Both the position numbers and the translations under genes were made by a program. Positions 29,691-44,961 of a DNA stretch of 64,000 nucleotides are shown one piece after another. The DNA comes from Catajapyx aquilonaris (Eukaryota), in NCBI GenBank assembly GCA_000934665.2, contig KZ538001.1, positions 124,001-188,000 on the forward strand. The letters are read 5' to 3'. The notes beneath the pieces are model-generated. The model was not told where the DNA came from, did not search any database, and saw nothing but the letters and a program-made list of their open reading frames with translations. Position 1 is the first letter of the stretch. The number at the start of each line of letters is the position of its first letter.

Positions 29691-32600
29691 GTAAGTGGCC
29701 GCCTGCCTATCTTTGGCACTTGTAATCGGCCAGCAGCCAACTTACGAGTGTTCAGACTTCAGCCTGGTTGCTAGAGGCTGTAGTCTGGTCCTGAGTGAAT
29801 GCACCAGTGCGGGCATGAGGAACATGCCTATGGACTGGCATGAATAAGCTCCATCGTTTGCTCCTCCTTTGGAGATGAAAGGCACTTTCAACTTAATTCG
29901 CTTCTTTAAGTTTGTTTTCCGGCTGAGACGGGGGGGACTGCAATCCTTTTCCGACGTGGAAGCACCTCGATTACTTCTCCTCCTCCTTGTGAAAATCCGC
30001 TGATCCAACATCTCCCACCACTCATCTTCAGGGAAGCTGTCAAATACTTTTCCCACCACCCCAGGGCACTGCTTTTCCTCCTCCGCAACCAGCTTCGACC
30101 ATGACCGGGATAAAGGCCTCGCTATGCTTCTCCCAAAAGGAGGAGCAAAGGGTGGGACCGCCTAGATGGAGTCTAGATGCCTTTCAATATTTCCACGATG
30201 AACTATAATACTCTAGGTGCGGGGATCATCCCGCGTCAGGTCGAAAACGCGGACCAGAAAAAGGTGATATTGTCGCTGTGTCATTACCAAACGTTTTGAG
30301 GTTTGCGATCTGATCCGGTGTGATTTTATTAACATACAACACCTGCCAAATTATTTGCCGAATTGCATTGCTAATACAATTTATTGGCATTAGTTTTGGT
30401 TCGATTCCCCAAATAATTGACGCGTTACCAATATGCCTGTCACAACGTGGCCTCTTGTTTACCTATTGTGGCACCGGCGGTGTTTTCCTTTCGTAGTGCA
30501 GTTATTAATTTTATACTGGAATATGGTGCAAAAAATTGTGGGCAATGTGTGTTTTCCGGATGTATAATTTACCTCCAAATAGAGGCAGCCTGTTCTAGTC
30601 CGCTCTAGTCACTAAACACGGTCAAAACATATAAAATATCGACCGTTTTATGACAAGGATAGTTGGTTACCGATAGCAGACACGATACAGCCAGGCGTTG
30701 ACTTCTTTTTAGGTCACGTAAGATACATAGTAATGTCATGCGAAACTGTATATAAAATATTAGGATTAGTAACAAAGCAGAACGTGCGCGAATATCAGTT
30801 TTTTCTATACCGCCCGAATGAAAATTTGAGGAGCTGCTTTTGCAAATTGCAGTGTTCATGTCCAATAGCAGTACTCGAGCCTCTATTTTGAAGCACAAGT
30901 CAGGGTTGGATTCTAAACTTGATATAATTACTCACGCATCTTGTAGAAAGAAGCCAGCAAAAGCCCAACCGTAAAGCCACAGCGACTTGATAACAGCGTT
31001 GCTTTTATGTCATAGGACAGTTGAAGCAGCATTCCTCGAAATCCTGTAAAAGTGGAGGAAAACTGAGCTCTCTCTCTCTCTCTCTCTCAGTTCCTCGCAG
31101 TACGGGCTCCAGCACTTGGAAATTCACGATTGTTCCTTCCTCCCGTATCAACGCCGTGAATATGGAAACTTGAGATAAAGCCTCAGCTAAGAAGTTGGCA
31201 AGTCTGTAAAAGGTGTAATTAGGAGCGCCCACTTGTACCCGTCACACCTTGCCATCTTCAGACCACATAAGGATTTCCGTTTCCTATATAGACTAGTCGA
31301 GAATCACCCTCTTAAAGGGCGCCTGGGAACCTAACTAGGGAGTCTGCACTATGCAATTTATGTTCAGACTAGAAAATTTGGACCTCTTTTTTGGATATTT
31401 CGCCTGATTTTCACGAATGGGTACCGGTCCGGGAAAATGCACAGCGTCCACTTTCGGTACCAGACAGGTGCCTCAAGGTTGCCTGAGCAGGCGCCGGGCT
31501 TATCCAGGGGATGCCAGACCAGGCGTGGTTACCAGGGTCTCCAAAAGTTTGCCACGTCGACAACAAAGTACTAAGCGGAAAACTCCTTCGCCCGCTTTAA
31601 ATATTCCAGCGGCTTAAGAGTTGGCCGCGTTTCAACAAGAAGCCTGGAGAACATATCAAATTTCTTCACCAAACTTGTCATTTAGGCGGCTACCGTAATG
31701 GTGTTCTTACTTCGGGGTGTGTCGGCCTCATCAAGTGCACTTCCGCATCTGGATGGTCGATACACTCTGGGGGGAAAAGGGCCAGATTCCAGAGAAGCAG
31801 ATTAATCAAGTTGACTCACTACTTCCTCTCCAGGACGCACACTTCTTGCATGGAACAAAAGTCTGGCAAAAAGCGAACATGCACTCCCAGGCGTTTGCTG
31901 CCTCCTCTTTTTTTCAGTTCTTTTCATCAGCCTGCGGAAGAAGAGGCAAATGAGGTCGAGGGTGGGGTATGAAACTGAGTTAGCCGGGGGTCGTGATTCA
32001 TTAGGGGCGCCTGGCTCTTTTCGATTCAGGCAGAAGAGAGAGCCAGGCTTGCAAACAGGTCTTGGTGGACTGTTTGCCCCCCCGTTCGGTACTGATGGGC
32101 TCAGGACAACCGCTGGTACTCCTGTTGACCAAATCAGGTCTCGTTTGGCCCTTTTATTTGCTGTGCTTCTTGGTCCATGTTCAGCCCGCATTTATTTCCA
32201 AGATAGTTTGGAATAAGAAATCCGGCACCATTGTTGTTTTTATATGTGTTTTTTTGTGTTAAGAGCCATCCGGACAAACTGCTGTAAGGTTGGGAGTCGA
32301 GACTAATAGGGGACGCGTGCTGTTTCTGGCGGCAAGTACGTCCTTTTCCTTGCTTCACCAATAAAACTGTCAGGCCGGGCTCTTGTGCTCACTCGACTTC
32401 CGCGACAAACTTGATACAATTGATATTTCAAGTGCCGGAACAGAAATCCCTACGACAGAGCTGGCTCTAGTCACATGGTATTGTGGTTCGGCTGACAGGA
32501 GGATTTTTTATTAGTAGAGAGCAGATGATAATATGTATAACGGCGGTGACCGCACATGTGGTACATTCTTATGAAAAATAAAAATGATCTGCAGCCTCGT

Positions 32601-35600
32601 TAGATTTTTTTATGAAATACTAGTTCTATTAATAGAGTGTTTCATACTGTATGCTCTGGGTCGCCGCGCAATACTGTAACTAGCAAAAGTGGGAGAACTG
32701 CATGGAACAACATTCAAGCTAGATGACTCGGACCGTTTAGTCAGTGATATGAAAATAAGTAAGCTAGTGGGCGTTAGTTGGGTCGAGGGCCTTCCTCCTC
32801 GGGTGTTTCATTCTGGCCAGGCGCCGAGATGGGCGTTGCGACGGGCACAAACACTATGAATTATGGGCGGGGCAGGTCAGGGGTAATGGATGCACAGCCC
32901 AGCAGACTCGGGATAATGGATGTACGTTCTCCTGCCGCTTGTAACCCCGCCATATTTACTTTATCTGATTATCTGCCGTTATTGGGGGCCGTGAAGCAGA
33001 AGACCCAACTTCACTTGGCCCAATTTTCGGCGAGCGGCCTCCATAAAAAATCCCCGAGAGCCTGAACGAGATAAAAGCCATCGAACGTCAGCTTGTATGC
33101 AACTATGCAGTCCGGTGTCAAATTCAAAATTGGGGTAAAGACCAGACCAGCCCTCTGACACTCCTATTCCAGCCTTATGCAGACCTCCGTGAGCTTCTTC
33201 CTGGTGTGGCGATCCTGGCGGAAACGGCCAACATTGAGCAAGTGCAACTTGCTGCGATGTTTGGCTAGGAGAGTGAGGAAAGAGCGCGACCGAGCAGAAG
33301 TGATTGGACTCAATCGACGACGAGCCTTCCGACAATCTAAAGCGATGAGAGCGAGCGTCATCCCTAGGGCGACTTGAGGCGGTGCTGGCGAAAAAATAGA
33401 GAAGCTAGTTGCATGATTCTCGTGCATGACGGAGATAAAAGGCAGGCCCCGCATGGAAAATGATGATTTCCATCCGCAGTTGATTCTGCTGCCTCATCCA
33501 CTTGAGGACCCCCTCCTTGAAATTGCACCACAAAGACAAGCCAGGCGACATTCCTACCGCATCGCATCGACCTTAGGCTCGTTTCGCCCCCTCCTTACAT
33601 TTTTGTACACCAGTTTTGTCCTAGAAGTCGGCGTATAAAAAACGAGAGAGGAAAAAAGAAAAAGGATGCTGAGGAGGAACATTGTGCCGTTGAATGTGAA
33701 ATGTAATTCCCTCGCGGTATCCATGTTGTGCAAGGTACCGCTGGTGTGTAGAGTGTGAAGGTGGAGAAAAGCGAGAGTTGTGCAGTGAAACCAATCCCTA
33801 AAGCTCCTTCATCCAAAACAACACTGCCAACTGCCTCTCGTTTTCCTCCCTACGGAGAGCCCAAATTTGTCTCTGCCGGGAGTCTTCGTTTCCCCCCGCA
33901 GACTTTTGTAAATATTGCTTCAGTTTTGGTCGATGTGAATGGAGGCGAGCAAGTGTTTCTCTTACTGTTCGTTAGGCTGCCGCCTCTGGGAGGGGAGACA
34001 ACGAGCTTCTTTTTCCCCCTCCACCATCTACTGCTCACTACTGGGGCGTACTATTTGCACAATATTATTGCTGGCACAGGAAATATCAGTGAAACTATAC
34101 CTTCAGCTTTAACTGACTATACTGATTAGGTCATCTCTTCAGACTCATTTAGGGTCGTGCCTGTAGTCTAGCCTCGTCTCCGGCTATCTCCCGACTGACT
34201 GCAACTTCAAGCATTCCCACCATGTCCCTCTCTAGACACCTCCGCCATCTAGTATAGGCTGTCACAATACTTAACTGTTTCAGCATCTTTCCAGGGGGCG
34301 TGGCGTACCTAACATGATGCGTGCTAAACCACGCCCTCCTGGCAAGATTGCGGGGCGTCGAAAATGTGGCCCTTAGCTAACTATAGTCCGCAGAGGGACG
34401 GGGGGGTTGTACGGAATGCTTTGCGCCAAGTGCCGAGCTCTCGTGTGTTGTTCTCGATGACAATGTGCGGTAGCTCCAGGGAACAGCCCGGAAAATATCG
34501 TCAGAGTCGGCTGGAATGTGGGCCATTAGAACGATCGATTCCAGTGTGTGCGTGTGCTACCAGTACACACAAAAAAACCTAGTTTCAATGTTGTAGTGAT
34601 GTGCATGGCAGGGTTGAATTTCCAGAATGCAGGTCAGGAAACAAATCCTGTGTTAAAGGTCCTGTGTAAGAGCCCTTCCTTTTCAGAGCCTCACCCTCCC
34701 ACACTTGTGAGCCATGTCATTCGATAGTGCAGTGATCACGGAGCGTGTCGGTTACTTACTGCACCTGAAAGGCCTGTGGGAGCCATTTCCGCGAGTAGAA
34801 TCCGGGATGATGAGCTCCCTCATCTGCCCCACCACCACCATATCCATTACGGTTCGCCGGCGCCAACTTGGCCCGGGAATTATTTTTCGCAACTCTCTGC
34901 ATCCTATTAGCGCACGGCGGCTTTCTGGAGCATCCCACACCTGCTTCACCACATTTTTTTTGTGTGCATATCCTACCATTTTTTGGGGGCCCGGCCCATT
35001 GCACATGCCTGAAAATCTTACACCCATTTCGAATCTTTGTCACGGCCACCACCGAGTATAGTGCAGCCATTAAGTTTCCTAGGCTCTCGCTTTAGAGGTT
35101 TCTGCCGCAAAACTCCTTTCTTTTTAATGAGATTGTTCCTGGCTAGATCCCCACCCATTTTTTTAAAAGTCAGCCTCACGTATGGACATAACATTATTTC
35201 GATATCACGGACCTATAGGTGGCGCTATTAAATGGAGGCGATGTCAGATCAGAGGCGCGGCTCAGCTTTTCCATGTAATCCTAGCAGCGATGCTGATTTC
35301 ATACACAGGAGATTCCATTTGACCGGGAGCGGAAGGATTTCTGCCTCGAAAATTGCACTGTACAGAAAGCCCGTGTTTAGAATGCATGCGGCGGCTTAAC
35401 TCCGGAATGACGCAATCGTTGTGCTGCAACGCAGTTAAGACACGAAACGTTTTAAGTCGAAATGACATGCCACGGGCAAACAACGTTGAAAGGATGATGC
35501 AGGTAGGCTTAACTGACCTTCAGGTACCTGTTAATCTTGATAATTACGGCTAATAAAAATGCACAGCCGCCAAGTATAGGTTGCAATCCCGGCCTACCGA

Positions 35601-38600
35601 ACTGTGGGGAAATTTTTGCAGGAAAAAATAATTCAGCCGGTGGCAAATTTAATATGAAAAGTGGTTAGGCAGACAAGTGCTTATCCCTGCGTGTGTATAC
35701 ACCTCACATACTTGGCCACTTCTTGGAGCCAAAATTCTTCGGATCTCTTAATTCATTAAACTAGGGGAGATGCGGGGGTATGGGGAGGTAGTAGGCTTTG
35801 CCGAGCGAGCTGTTAACTTTCCCAGCGGTGTGCGATCCTATCAGCGGCTAATTAATTACCGCTCTCGCGCCTAATTCCCGCCCCGAAAATAAATAGATTT
35901 TGAGTAGCATGTATTAGGGGGAAGGCGGTGGAGTGCAAGCGGGGAAAAACTTCAAGAGTGGGAGTAGATGCAAAAGGGGGCCATTTATGGACACCTCCAT
36001 CCCCCATGTAACACACCATGACGCCAGGGGCTCTCTTGCTCAAATTAGGTGACGTTGACCTCCCGTCGCCTTCGTGGGGAAAAAGTGTGACGCAATTTTG
36101 CCTATGGCTGCTGGCTGTAAACGGAATAACGTATCCCGCTAAACAAGGTAACGAAGGGTCGTTTGCATGTCCTGGGGACATTAGTAGGTCGACGCTTACC
36201 GTACAAGTTAAACGGCCACAATATCCGGGCATTTAATTTTTAAGATACTTGGTTGAGTCAACGGTAAATTAAACGTAATTCGGTTTGCATAACCCGCAGC
36301 ATATGACGACAAATGGCATGCTCTAAAACATTTAAAAAGTTTTCAAAATTGAGTTTTGGATGCTGAAATTTTTTTCAGTGTAGTAAGTGTATAGTCGCGA
36401 TTTTTTATGGGTATACATCAGTGAGATTTGTTGATGATAAAAATAACGATCGTCCAAAAATACTGTAAGCTGAGATTTTGACTCGGTGTGGCGCGAAAGC
36501 TTTTCCATGAAACCACAGATGAGGATTAGCCGACCGTGCAGGGTAAACCTTGGTTTCGGGTAAAATTTTAATCAATTTGGCATAACCTTCAGTAATAATT
36601 ATGATAACGTGTTCGCTATCTATGATATACATATAGAAAATTTTGATATACTGTAAAATGCAATTCTAGAGCAGGTAAAATATATAATAGTGATTTTTTC
36701 AAAAGTTGTTCAATAATGAGAGAACCCGATATTGAAATTCGGATTCTTCTGTGGGAGCGACCGGGATGCAAGCATCATTTGGATGTACAGTGGGTTTGAC
36801 GTGTATGGCATCGATTTACTTCGATCGTTGGTCACAGCAGAACAGGGAGAGAAGCTTTTTTTGTTCTGGTTTCCCGTTACAGGTATCCGAAAGCGCTGAA
36901 AATAATGTTGATGCACCACTGACAAGGAGTATTACAGGTACCGCATTGGCAATAGGTAGTGGCCACCGGTATTGGGAGTCACAATTAGTTTTAATGAGCC
37001 GCACAAAGCATTTCGGGCTGAAATGTGAAATACCACAGCACAAGGATACTAATTGCTTAATTAGGATGACGCAACGGGATGGGTGGAACTAATGCTTTTG
37101 CGAGTGTGCAGATTTTTGCTACACATTTTCCTGTGGGATGCAGATAGATTATTATGCGTGCAGTGTATCATTACAGGATGGGTCAAAATGAGTCAAAAAC
37201 TTGGTTACGTTTATGAATACATGATTACCGTTGAAACGACACAATTTGTCCATCCATCCAGTCTGTCGAAATGTTTGACAACATTGGCGGTTAGCTTTCA
37301 CATGTGCCGTAATGTAAATTCTTCAGGTTGCTTGCCGCGTGGAAATGTTCGAATGGACTTGAGTTTTGGGAGGGTTTGGGTTCAGTAACGTGGATGCTGG
37401 AGTCGGCTGGAGCACATCTGGCGAGCGACGGCCACAGCTGGCCGACACCGATTAATATGTCGTCAGGGTCATCCTTTTCCCCCAGCCTTCCGGCGCTCTC
37501 TGGCTGGCAGTCAAATGCGGTCGATTTATCAAGCCCATTAGTAGGCGCCTGCTGCCACGCATTCAAAACGCCGACGCCAACTAACCACATTGAAGGAACA
37601 CATACTGCTTTCTGTACCTTACCCAACATTCCCCCCCCCCCACCCCTAGCCATGAAAAAGAGCAGGCAATTTCAAAGAACAATGCGGTTCCATGTTTCAC
37701 CTTCCACGGCTGTTGGCGGATGTCGTAACAAGAAGCGGAAATCAGCTACCTTTTATGTGGTCCCCTCCGCGATTAACTCCTATCCGTGATTAAGGGCATG
37801 ATTAATCGGTCCTACCGGGGAAGGGAAATGAAGGGTTCCCCTGTGGTATCACCTGTTGCGAAAAAGGGAGTGCCTGCTCGATACTATTTTTTTCAGTCAT
37901 TCCGGGGGAAATGTATCCACATTTTATCTGTCCCCCTGGGGGCCTGAAGCTTCTATCTTTCATCCACGAGCTGAATATCTGGTCTGCAAAAATAAGCATA
38001 TGGATATGCTGGCCCACGCTTGTTTCCGAGGACTTTTCGTGACCACAATCCATGTAGGATGAGAAAGGGGCCATTTTTGCGGGGCATCGAAGAAATATTT
38101 TACGCCTAGATTAGATAAGAGAGGTGTGCAGTGTTTCAACTCTGCAGGGTTTTTCACGTGGGAGTAGTTCATACGTGTCTTTTGTGCGGCTCAGCCGGAA
38201 CAGGCCACGATAATCTTGGGTCAAACTCCTGACGTTTGGAGCCGGGAATAATTATCGATATCAAGTGTTTTTCCTCGGGATGTGACCGGAAGAGAAATGT
38301 CTAGACCAGTACTGGGCCTTTTTGCCAAGATATTCCGGCGTGACCAGTCCGAAAACGTAACGGAGACGATTTGTTACGACGTGTACGTCCGGTCCAGCTT
38401 TTGTTCTTGGTTTCTGCTGCAAGCTCCAGGAAAAGTCTTGGACTTGTCCGGAGATGTGTGACGGCCCCGTTTCTCTTCAGCGTCCCGGACAGCAAGATCC
38501 CTTTGCTCCCACTAATCTTGTCCGGTTCAACTTTGCCGTTGGCAGTCGTTTTTTAGCCTTTCATTGTTGCCGGGCCTGCCTAGAGAGAGAGAAAAAAACG

Positions 38601-41600
38601 AGGTGCACACCGTTAGCGAAAGAGACGCCCGTGTTGGCGACCTTATTTCGAAAGTATGTAGGGTTAAAGAGGAGACGGAGCGCGAAAACAATGACATTTG
38701 CGCATGATGAATCTTTTGTTGACCTGCTGGAGCGAAAGGAAGTGTGGAGACTTTTCCCTAACCCCCTACCTACCCCCCTTTACCCAACAACCTTGGCAAA
38801 CACATCCTCCATCACGGCGCCTCCTCTACTTGGAGCTGTAAACCCCTTTGCGCCGCTTGAAGCAACGAAGCCATTAAAGCTGTGATCTTGGAAATTGCAA
38901 GTCTATTTCCTGTGGGATCTTAATGCCGCTTCGCTAAGCTTTGCGACAAAAATTGCGGAAAGAAAAAGACGTGCGGAGGTGGCTGTGAGGGTGAGTTTTA
39001 ATGTTTCCGGAGCGATTATTTCCATCCCTTCCCCTCAACTTGATCTATCATGTCGTCCGGAAAGGATTACCGTTTATCGGCGTCTGTGACAACGCCGCTT
39101 GAAATATCACTTTTAATATTCTGGGACCGGAGCCGGGATGCTGCAGGCTGCATGTGAAGGGGGAGGAAGCAATGGAAAGTATTCATGGGAGAAGGCTGGC
39201 TTAGCCCGTTTCCTCCGTCTTTGACCCCGGCACAAAGGTGATTTTTGGACAAAGGTGCTAGGTGTGTCCCCTCCAGCGCTTGAGTTTCCGGGGCCAGTGT
39301 GGCTTGGAGGAAAGAAGCCTAGTTAGGAAGTTGTGTGTGACTTGAGCAGCGCCATGCATCCCGGGCGCCATCGATTTTGGCTCAATTTCAGGCGGGGAGT
39401 AGGGGGAGGGATGTGGAGGGAGGGAAAACCGCGTCGTGAGTCCGGGTTTTCTCCTGTCCGTTTCCCCTCTTCCCGCATGCAGCAGCAGCATTGACGCTAT
39501 GCTGTGTGCTATGCTATCAGCAGTCCGGAGAACCTCTTTGGCCTGCTCACTCTAGTGGAAGAGATTGGCCAGCAGCGGTGCTCGGTGCCTTATCAGCTCG
39601 GGCCTGCCTGCCTGCCGGTCTGCCTGGGCTTATCGGAGGTGGACAAGGCACCTCGACTCGTGTTCCGCGCCATCAGCCTCCATGGGTGGGGATGTTTGCT
39701 CGCTCCACCTGCACTTTTAGGCGGATACTGCCAACTTGACTGGCGTACGTCAAAACGACAACCGCCTGTCGCAGCCCGATGCAGCCAAAAACTTACGATA
39801 GGGTCATTCACACTGCCTACACCAGCACTATTCCTCCAGAGATATTTTCTAGACGTTCAGTCAATGTTGAATGTGCCGCACTGGGCAGTTCATCCTGCCA
39901 GTTTGACTTCCCGTTGCACAGAGGAGACGCTTGGGTGGCTCTCAAGTGGTAGGATAATGCTCTGGTAGTTCCGAGTTTATCCTGCGAGTTAGACTGGCCG
40001 GTCAGCAGAAGAGGCGCGAGGTTGCTCTGCAGTGTCAGGATGAGTTGTCAGATGCAAATGGAACCCGAAATACGCTATACCCACGTTGGTGGTAGGAAAA
40101 TTATGAAAACCTCACGTGGCCTTGCAGACTTTTCTTGGCCGGACTATATGAGCGTAACTAATTCGTACAGGTAAAGAAGTGTGAAAGTATGGCCTGTCCG
40201 CATCTATTTTTTGAGGCCAGGTGAATCCCGCGTGTAATTCATCTTGCGGTCGCAATCATTAGTCATAAACGAAATGAAGCTGAAAGCAGCAAGTTTGAGT
40301 AATTTGGCTGTCGTGCACAGTTGATGCCGACTTCATTAGTTGGAACATGCCGTGGACTCCTGGAACATGCATTTGAATCGTTTGGCGGCGATTCTGCGTT
40401 ATTTATGAGAGTGGCGAGTGGCCGACGTAGAAACATGCCTTCCATGTACACGTGCAATAAGGCGAGCGGCGGAATATGGGCCTCCAGGGCAGATCCAGCA
40501 ATAAATTACCGGCTTGGATCAACACAATTCCTTTTTCCGTGTTTGAGCACGGCGAAGCGGGGGAAAGCCCTACACATGCAAATGAGGCATTAACGGCCGT
40601 TATGATTGATTGGGCTCTCTGGCATCGCCAGACCGTTTTCATGATTGTCGATCTCAGAATTGACTCTCAAGCCTTCGATGAATAGCTTCTGCACAGCGTC
40701 GCGCTCGTGCCCAAAATCTCTCCGTGGTTCGGGAGCAAAACCCATTAATTAGCGCCCTTCCCGTTGGCTTACTTTTTGCGGTTTTTGGCTTCACAGGGTG
40801 TCTCCGCATCTCCTGCTGCAACAGCATTGTGCCGACCGCATATTGAAACATTTCCGCAGAGCACATTTAGGAGCAAATAGCAATCGATGTGAGCCACCTT
40901 AACAAAATACGAGCTAGGTTTGCATAATGCATTCAGGGAGGGTCATTTACGACAGTGTTTGTCGCAAGCGACACTTTTGCTGCGCCCGAGTAACCGCGAA
41001 GCAAACGACTCTGTTGTCTGTGGCAAGTGTGGGGGGTAGGGCGTACGGGGGACGGGGACAGGGTATCAGTGGTTGTGAGATACTACGAGTGTCAAAATGG
41101 GCCTGCTTGTTAATCCAAATTCCGAATCCGGGCTGCATTTGCCCGGGGGCGGAGCATGTAGGCTATATTGGATAAGCAAGGTAGAGCCGGGAATGATGTA
41201 ATAAAGCAAGCTATTCAGGAAATGGAGGGACAGGTCGGCTCGGCAGCTTTGCGCTCATCCGGATCCGCCGCAGAGGGCCCTCTTAACGTCCCCCTTGATG
41301 CCCACCGGCAGCTTTCCCATTACCCCGGAGCTGGGCCTCCATTATGGAGCTTCTTACAAATAACATGCCAATACCAAACAGGCGCTGCTTCCAACATCCC
41401 ATGCATCTCTGGCAGAGTTTCCGGAGCCCTGCTTCCCGCCAACGCTTCTTTTGCATGAGAATGGAAGAATATTTTGACCAGTAATGCCATGCAGATGCCG
41501 AAAATTGGATTTACACGCCCATAACTCTGGCGGGCTCTCGATTTGCATGACTCGGCCCTCGACTTGGAGGAAGAGTCCAGGAGAAGGAGGCGCAGAGAAG

Positions 41601-44600
41601 GTCCGACGGTATTTCCTCAATAGCCCTGTGCCGCCAGGATGCACCTTTGCACTGGACTCCAATGCAAGCACCACAACTGCCGGCCTTCCCGCCTCCGCCA
41701 CTTTGTCTACCCAATGAAAAATACAGGAGGACAATTTCTCTGTGCCAAATCGCCTCTCGATCGCAGGCTGGGTGGCCCACCACCTGACTCCTGCCAACCC
41801 TCTTCGCCGGAGGGTGTCCGTCACCCTACCTCTTTTCCCGCCCTCTTCTTCATTGCTGATTCTGCAATATTATCCCAGGAAATATAATTATGGTGTAACC
41901 GTTGCAAGCTGGAAGCCATGAGTTTTGGGATAGCGGCGAGAACTGCGGATCGATATGGCGTTATATGAGCTTAGTGTAAAAGGTCTTTCACACTACTGCA
42001 TCAAAGTGGCCATCGGAATGTCACACGCATTGGGGATGAAGTCGAACCACTGGCATTCAATCGTCGGAGATCATTTTTGTTTTATGCAGCAAAAATTTTA
42101 GAATTATATCGGCCTCCAATTTGTAATGTTGCATTTTTAGTACTCCGGCAAAATTCAGGTTATAGCTCGGGCTATATGCTAATAAATATGCCTGTTTCAT
42201 GATCTTGCACCTAACTGCGTAATCCGCATAATGAACGATAACCGAGGTAATCGTGAAATCCACTTAGGTCGACGGTGCTGGGATTGCCCGTCGAAAGCAT
42301 AGTAGACGAGCAAAATAAGCACCTTAATTGCTGCCATAATGTATTTTGGGTGGCCCTGGAAGCGGGATTGTGATGAATGAGTACTCCATCATTCACTTTA
42401 CTTTTAAAATGACTGCTATTCAAACAGTCAATTGTCTTTGTCCATACAGTATGCCTAAGTCGATTCATCCTGTAGTTGCTCTTGACTACAATAAGAGGGC
42501 GTTAAATACAATATTTATATGCATTTTCCCTATAGTCATGATGAACCACCTTTTTTTGTCCAAGATATGCCACATATCCTGCAACGCACAAAAAATCAGA
42601 GAAAAGTCAGGATTTATACTTTCTAAAGAAACTATTGTAATCGTAAATTACTTGCAGCGACGAGTAATTCCCATGAGGAATACCTAAGTATATCCGCAGG
42701 GGGATTAAACCATATTCTGATGAATTGGAAGATGGAGGACTCGGATCGTAATTATTTTCAAGGAAACATGATACCGCGGTTGTAGTGCTACTTACGTTTT
42801 CTTGTTTAATGAATATTATTTTGTAATGCGATTCCACTAGACTATAGCTGGGCCAAGTTGAATATTTTCCATTGGAAATTACACACGAGAAAAAGTATAG
42901 TTTAGCTCATAGTTTACAAAAGGAATGAATTTCTATTAACCTCAGAGGTCACCCAGATGGTGGATAAAATGATTGTCCTTTTCAAAGATGGAGGCCAATA
43001 AGGAATTTTCAGTTGGAGACCCAATCATTTCTTAAGCCTATCGATCCACAAGTTCTATACGTCTATCACGAAGCTTTAAGTTCCCGCCTTATACGCTCCA
43101 GGCCACTGAACTATAGACGTACAGTACAAGGTATCTCCGGATTCCCATTTTGTAGGTAGATCTGACCCTTTCTGAGAGTCTCTCCATATTACGATGAACA
43201 CGGACACCAACCCGACATTTTTCACCGATCTGGCAAGGAATTGTTCCGTTAGGGCCCAACAATATGTAACCGAATTCCTGGGCCGCGTTATTTTCAAGAC
43301 GAGCAAACAAGATGCATGGGCTAGACTTTGAAGATGAGCAAACAAGATGCAAAGGCGCTCTGAAGAAGGAATGAGGTATTATCCGAGTGCTGGAGTGGCT
43401 GCTGTATCGACCTAACCGCTTGAGGGGAGGATGTTTGTGCAAGGGACACTGTTTTTCTTCAAGAAGGGCACAGAAAGAAGGGAAGGTCGGCGGTTAGAAT
43501 GCCGAGAAGCCGCTTTCTCTCAGTTGCCTTTGCGCCTGCCTGCCAGCCAGCCCTCTTTGAAAGTGAGTGAATCAACGTCGGCTGTGTCGCACATTCGGAA
43601 GGGGGAAAGGAACCCAGAGCATCTCCCCGCCGGATATGTTTGCCCATTGCTTGCCATCCCTCTCACCTGCCATACTGCCTGCTCTTATTGGATTTCGGAA
43701 ATTTTCAGAAAATGCCGTTTTATTGACACCCAGCTAATGCCTGGTCGACACAACCGAAATTTAAGGAGGGAAATGAAAGTTGGCAAACTTTGGGCGAGGC
43801 CATTTGACAACTTTTCCGTCCAACTCTGCTCAGCATGGCATAAAGCATGTATAAAGTGGCGGCGGGACGTGTTCCGCACTGGTATACACTGTACAGCAAA
43901 CCTAGCCGAGTTGGACAACTTTTCCTGGCTGTGCAGGACAAGCATTGTGCGCCTGCCCCCTCCACATGTGTTTTCTCCCGAGGGCAAGTATAAGTTGATC
44001 CGGTTAACCGCAAGCAGAAAGTTGCTCTGCGGGAGGCTGAGGATGCAACGAGGAATGTGGAGCATCCGCTGCCCCTCCGCAGCAAGCAGACCCTCTCAAG
44101 AAAAGGGGCTCGTGTAAACGGAGGGGGCCAAAAGCTAGGTGTGTTTTCGGAAACAGTGGCCCAAACTATGCGGACGGACGGGAGTCCTCTCCGGAATTCG
44201 GCCGGGTATGATAGCGGGACTGTACCGGCCATGTTTGTAAGAATTGTGGGAGGTGGTAGGACGGGGGGTGTCCGGAGGGGCCAAGCAACGGCCGACGGCG
44301 TCGTTGGCCCTGGCCCAAGAGAGCTGTGGCTTTTCTGTCCTGGCAGCGGCCAACTTTCGCCTCTCTCTCCCAATCCACCATTTGCAAGGCAAAGAATTTA
44401 TTGTGAGCGGCGGTGGTAAGAGGGAGGCGGGGGGAGGGGGCGGTACCCCCTCCTCTTTCACTGGGGTAATGGAGGCTAATTTAGTGACGTCCGCTCCGAG
44501 CGGCTACCGCTTAAAGTTTCATCTCCGAGGAGTGCAATTAGACGAATTTGGAGCTAATTCGGAAACGGTAGCGACACTCGCGCCGTATTTTGTCTGCCGG

Positions 44601-44904
44601 GGACGTTTAGTGCGCTCATGCACAATTGATGCTGCCGCCTGAATGGAAGGGCAGTGGTGTTGTCCGAGAAGAGTGCTGCTGGGGTTGTTGTCTGTTTTTA
44701 TTCTTTGCTCTTGTGAACACCTCAGTCAGCCGGGAAGCATTTGTTTGCTGGCGTCCTTCACAAGTCTCGTGGAAGAAAGCCATGTCAATTGACCAGCTGT
44801 GTACACTGTGGGTCCTCTTTATGCTTGGGATGGGCATGTTCATCTTGATGTTCTTTCCCCTCTCATAATGCCAAAAGCAACGTATACACTGCGATGCCGT
44901 CAGC

Positions 44905-44961
<57 letters not shown>

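Noticed and set aside
29095..29694. 199-aa ORF overlapping the Ig1 exon
   Set aside because: It is in a different frame from the Ig-coding exon and has no recognisable content.
43431..44373. 228-aa (+) and 217-aa (-) ORFs
   Set aside because: No recognisable motifs or splice support; likely chance ORFs.
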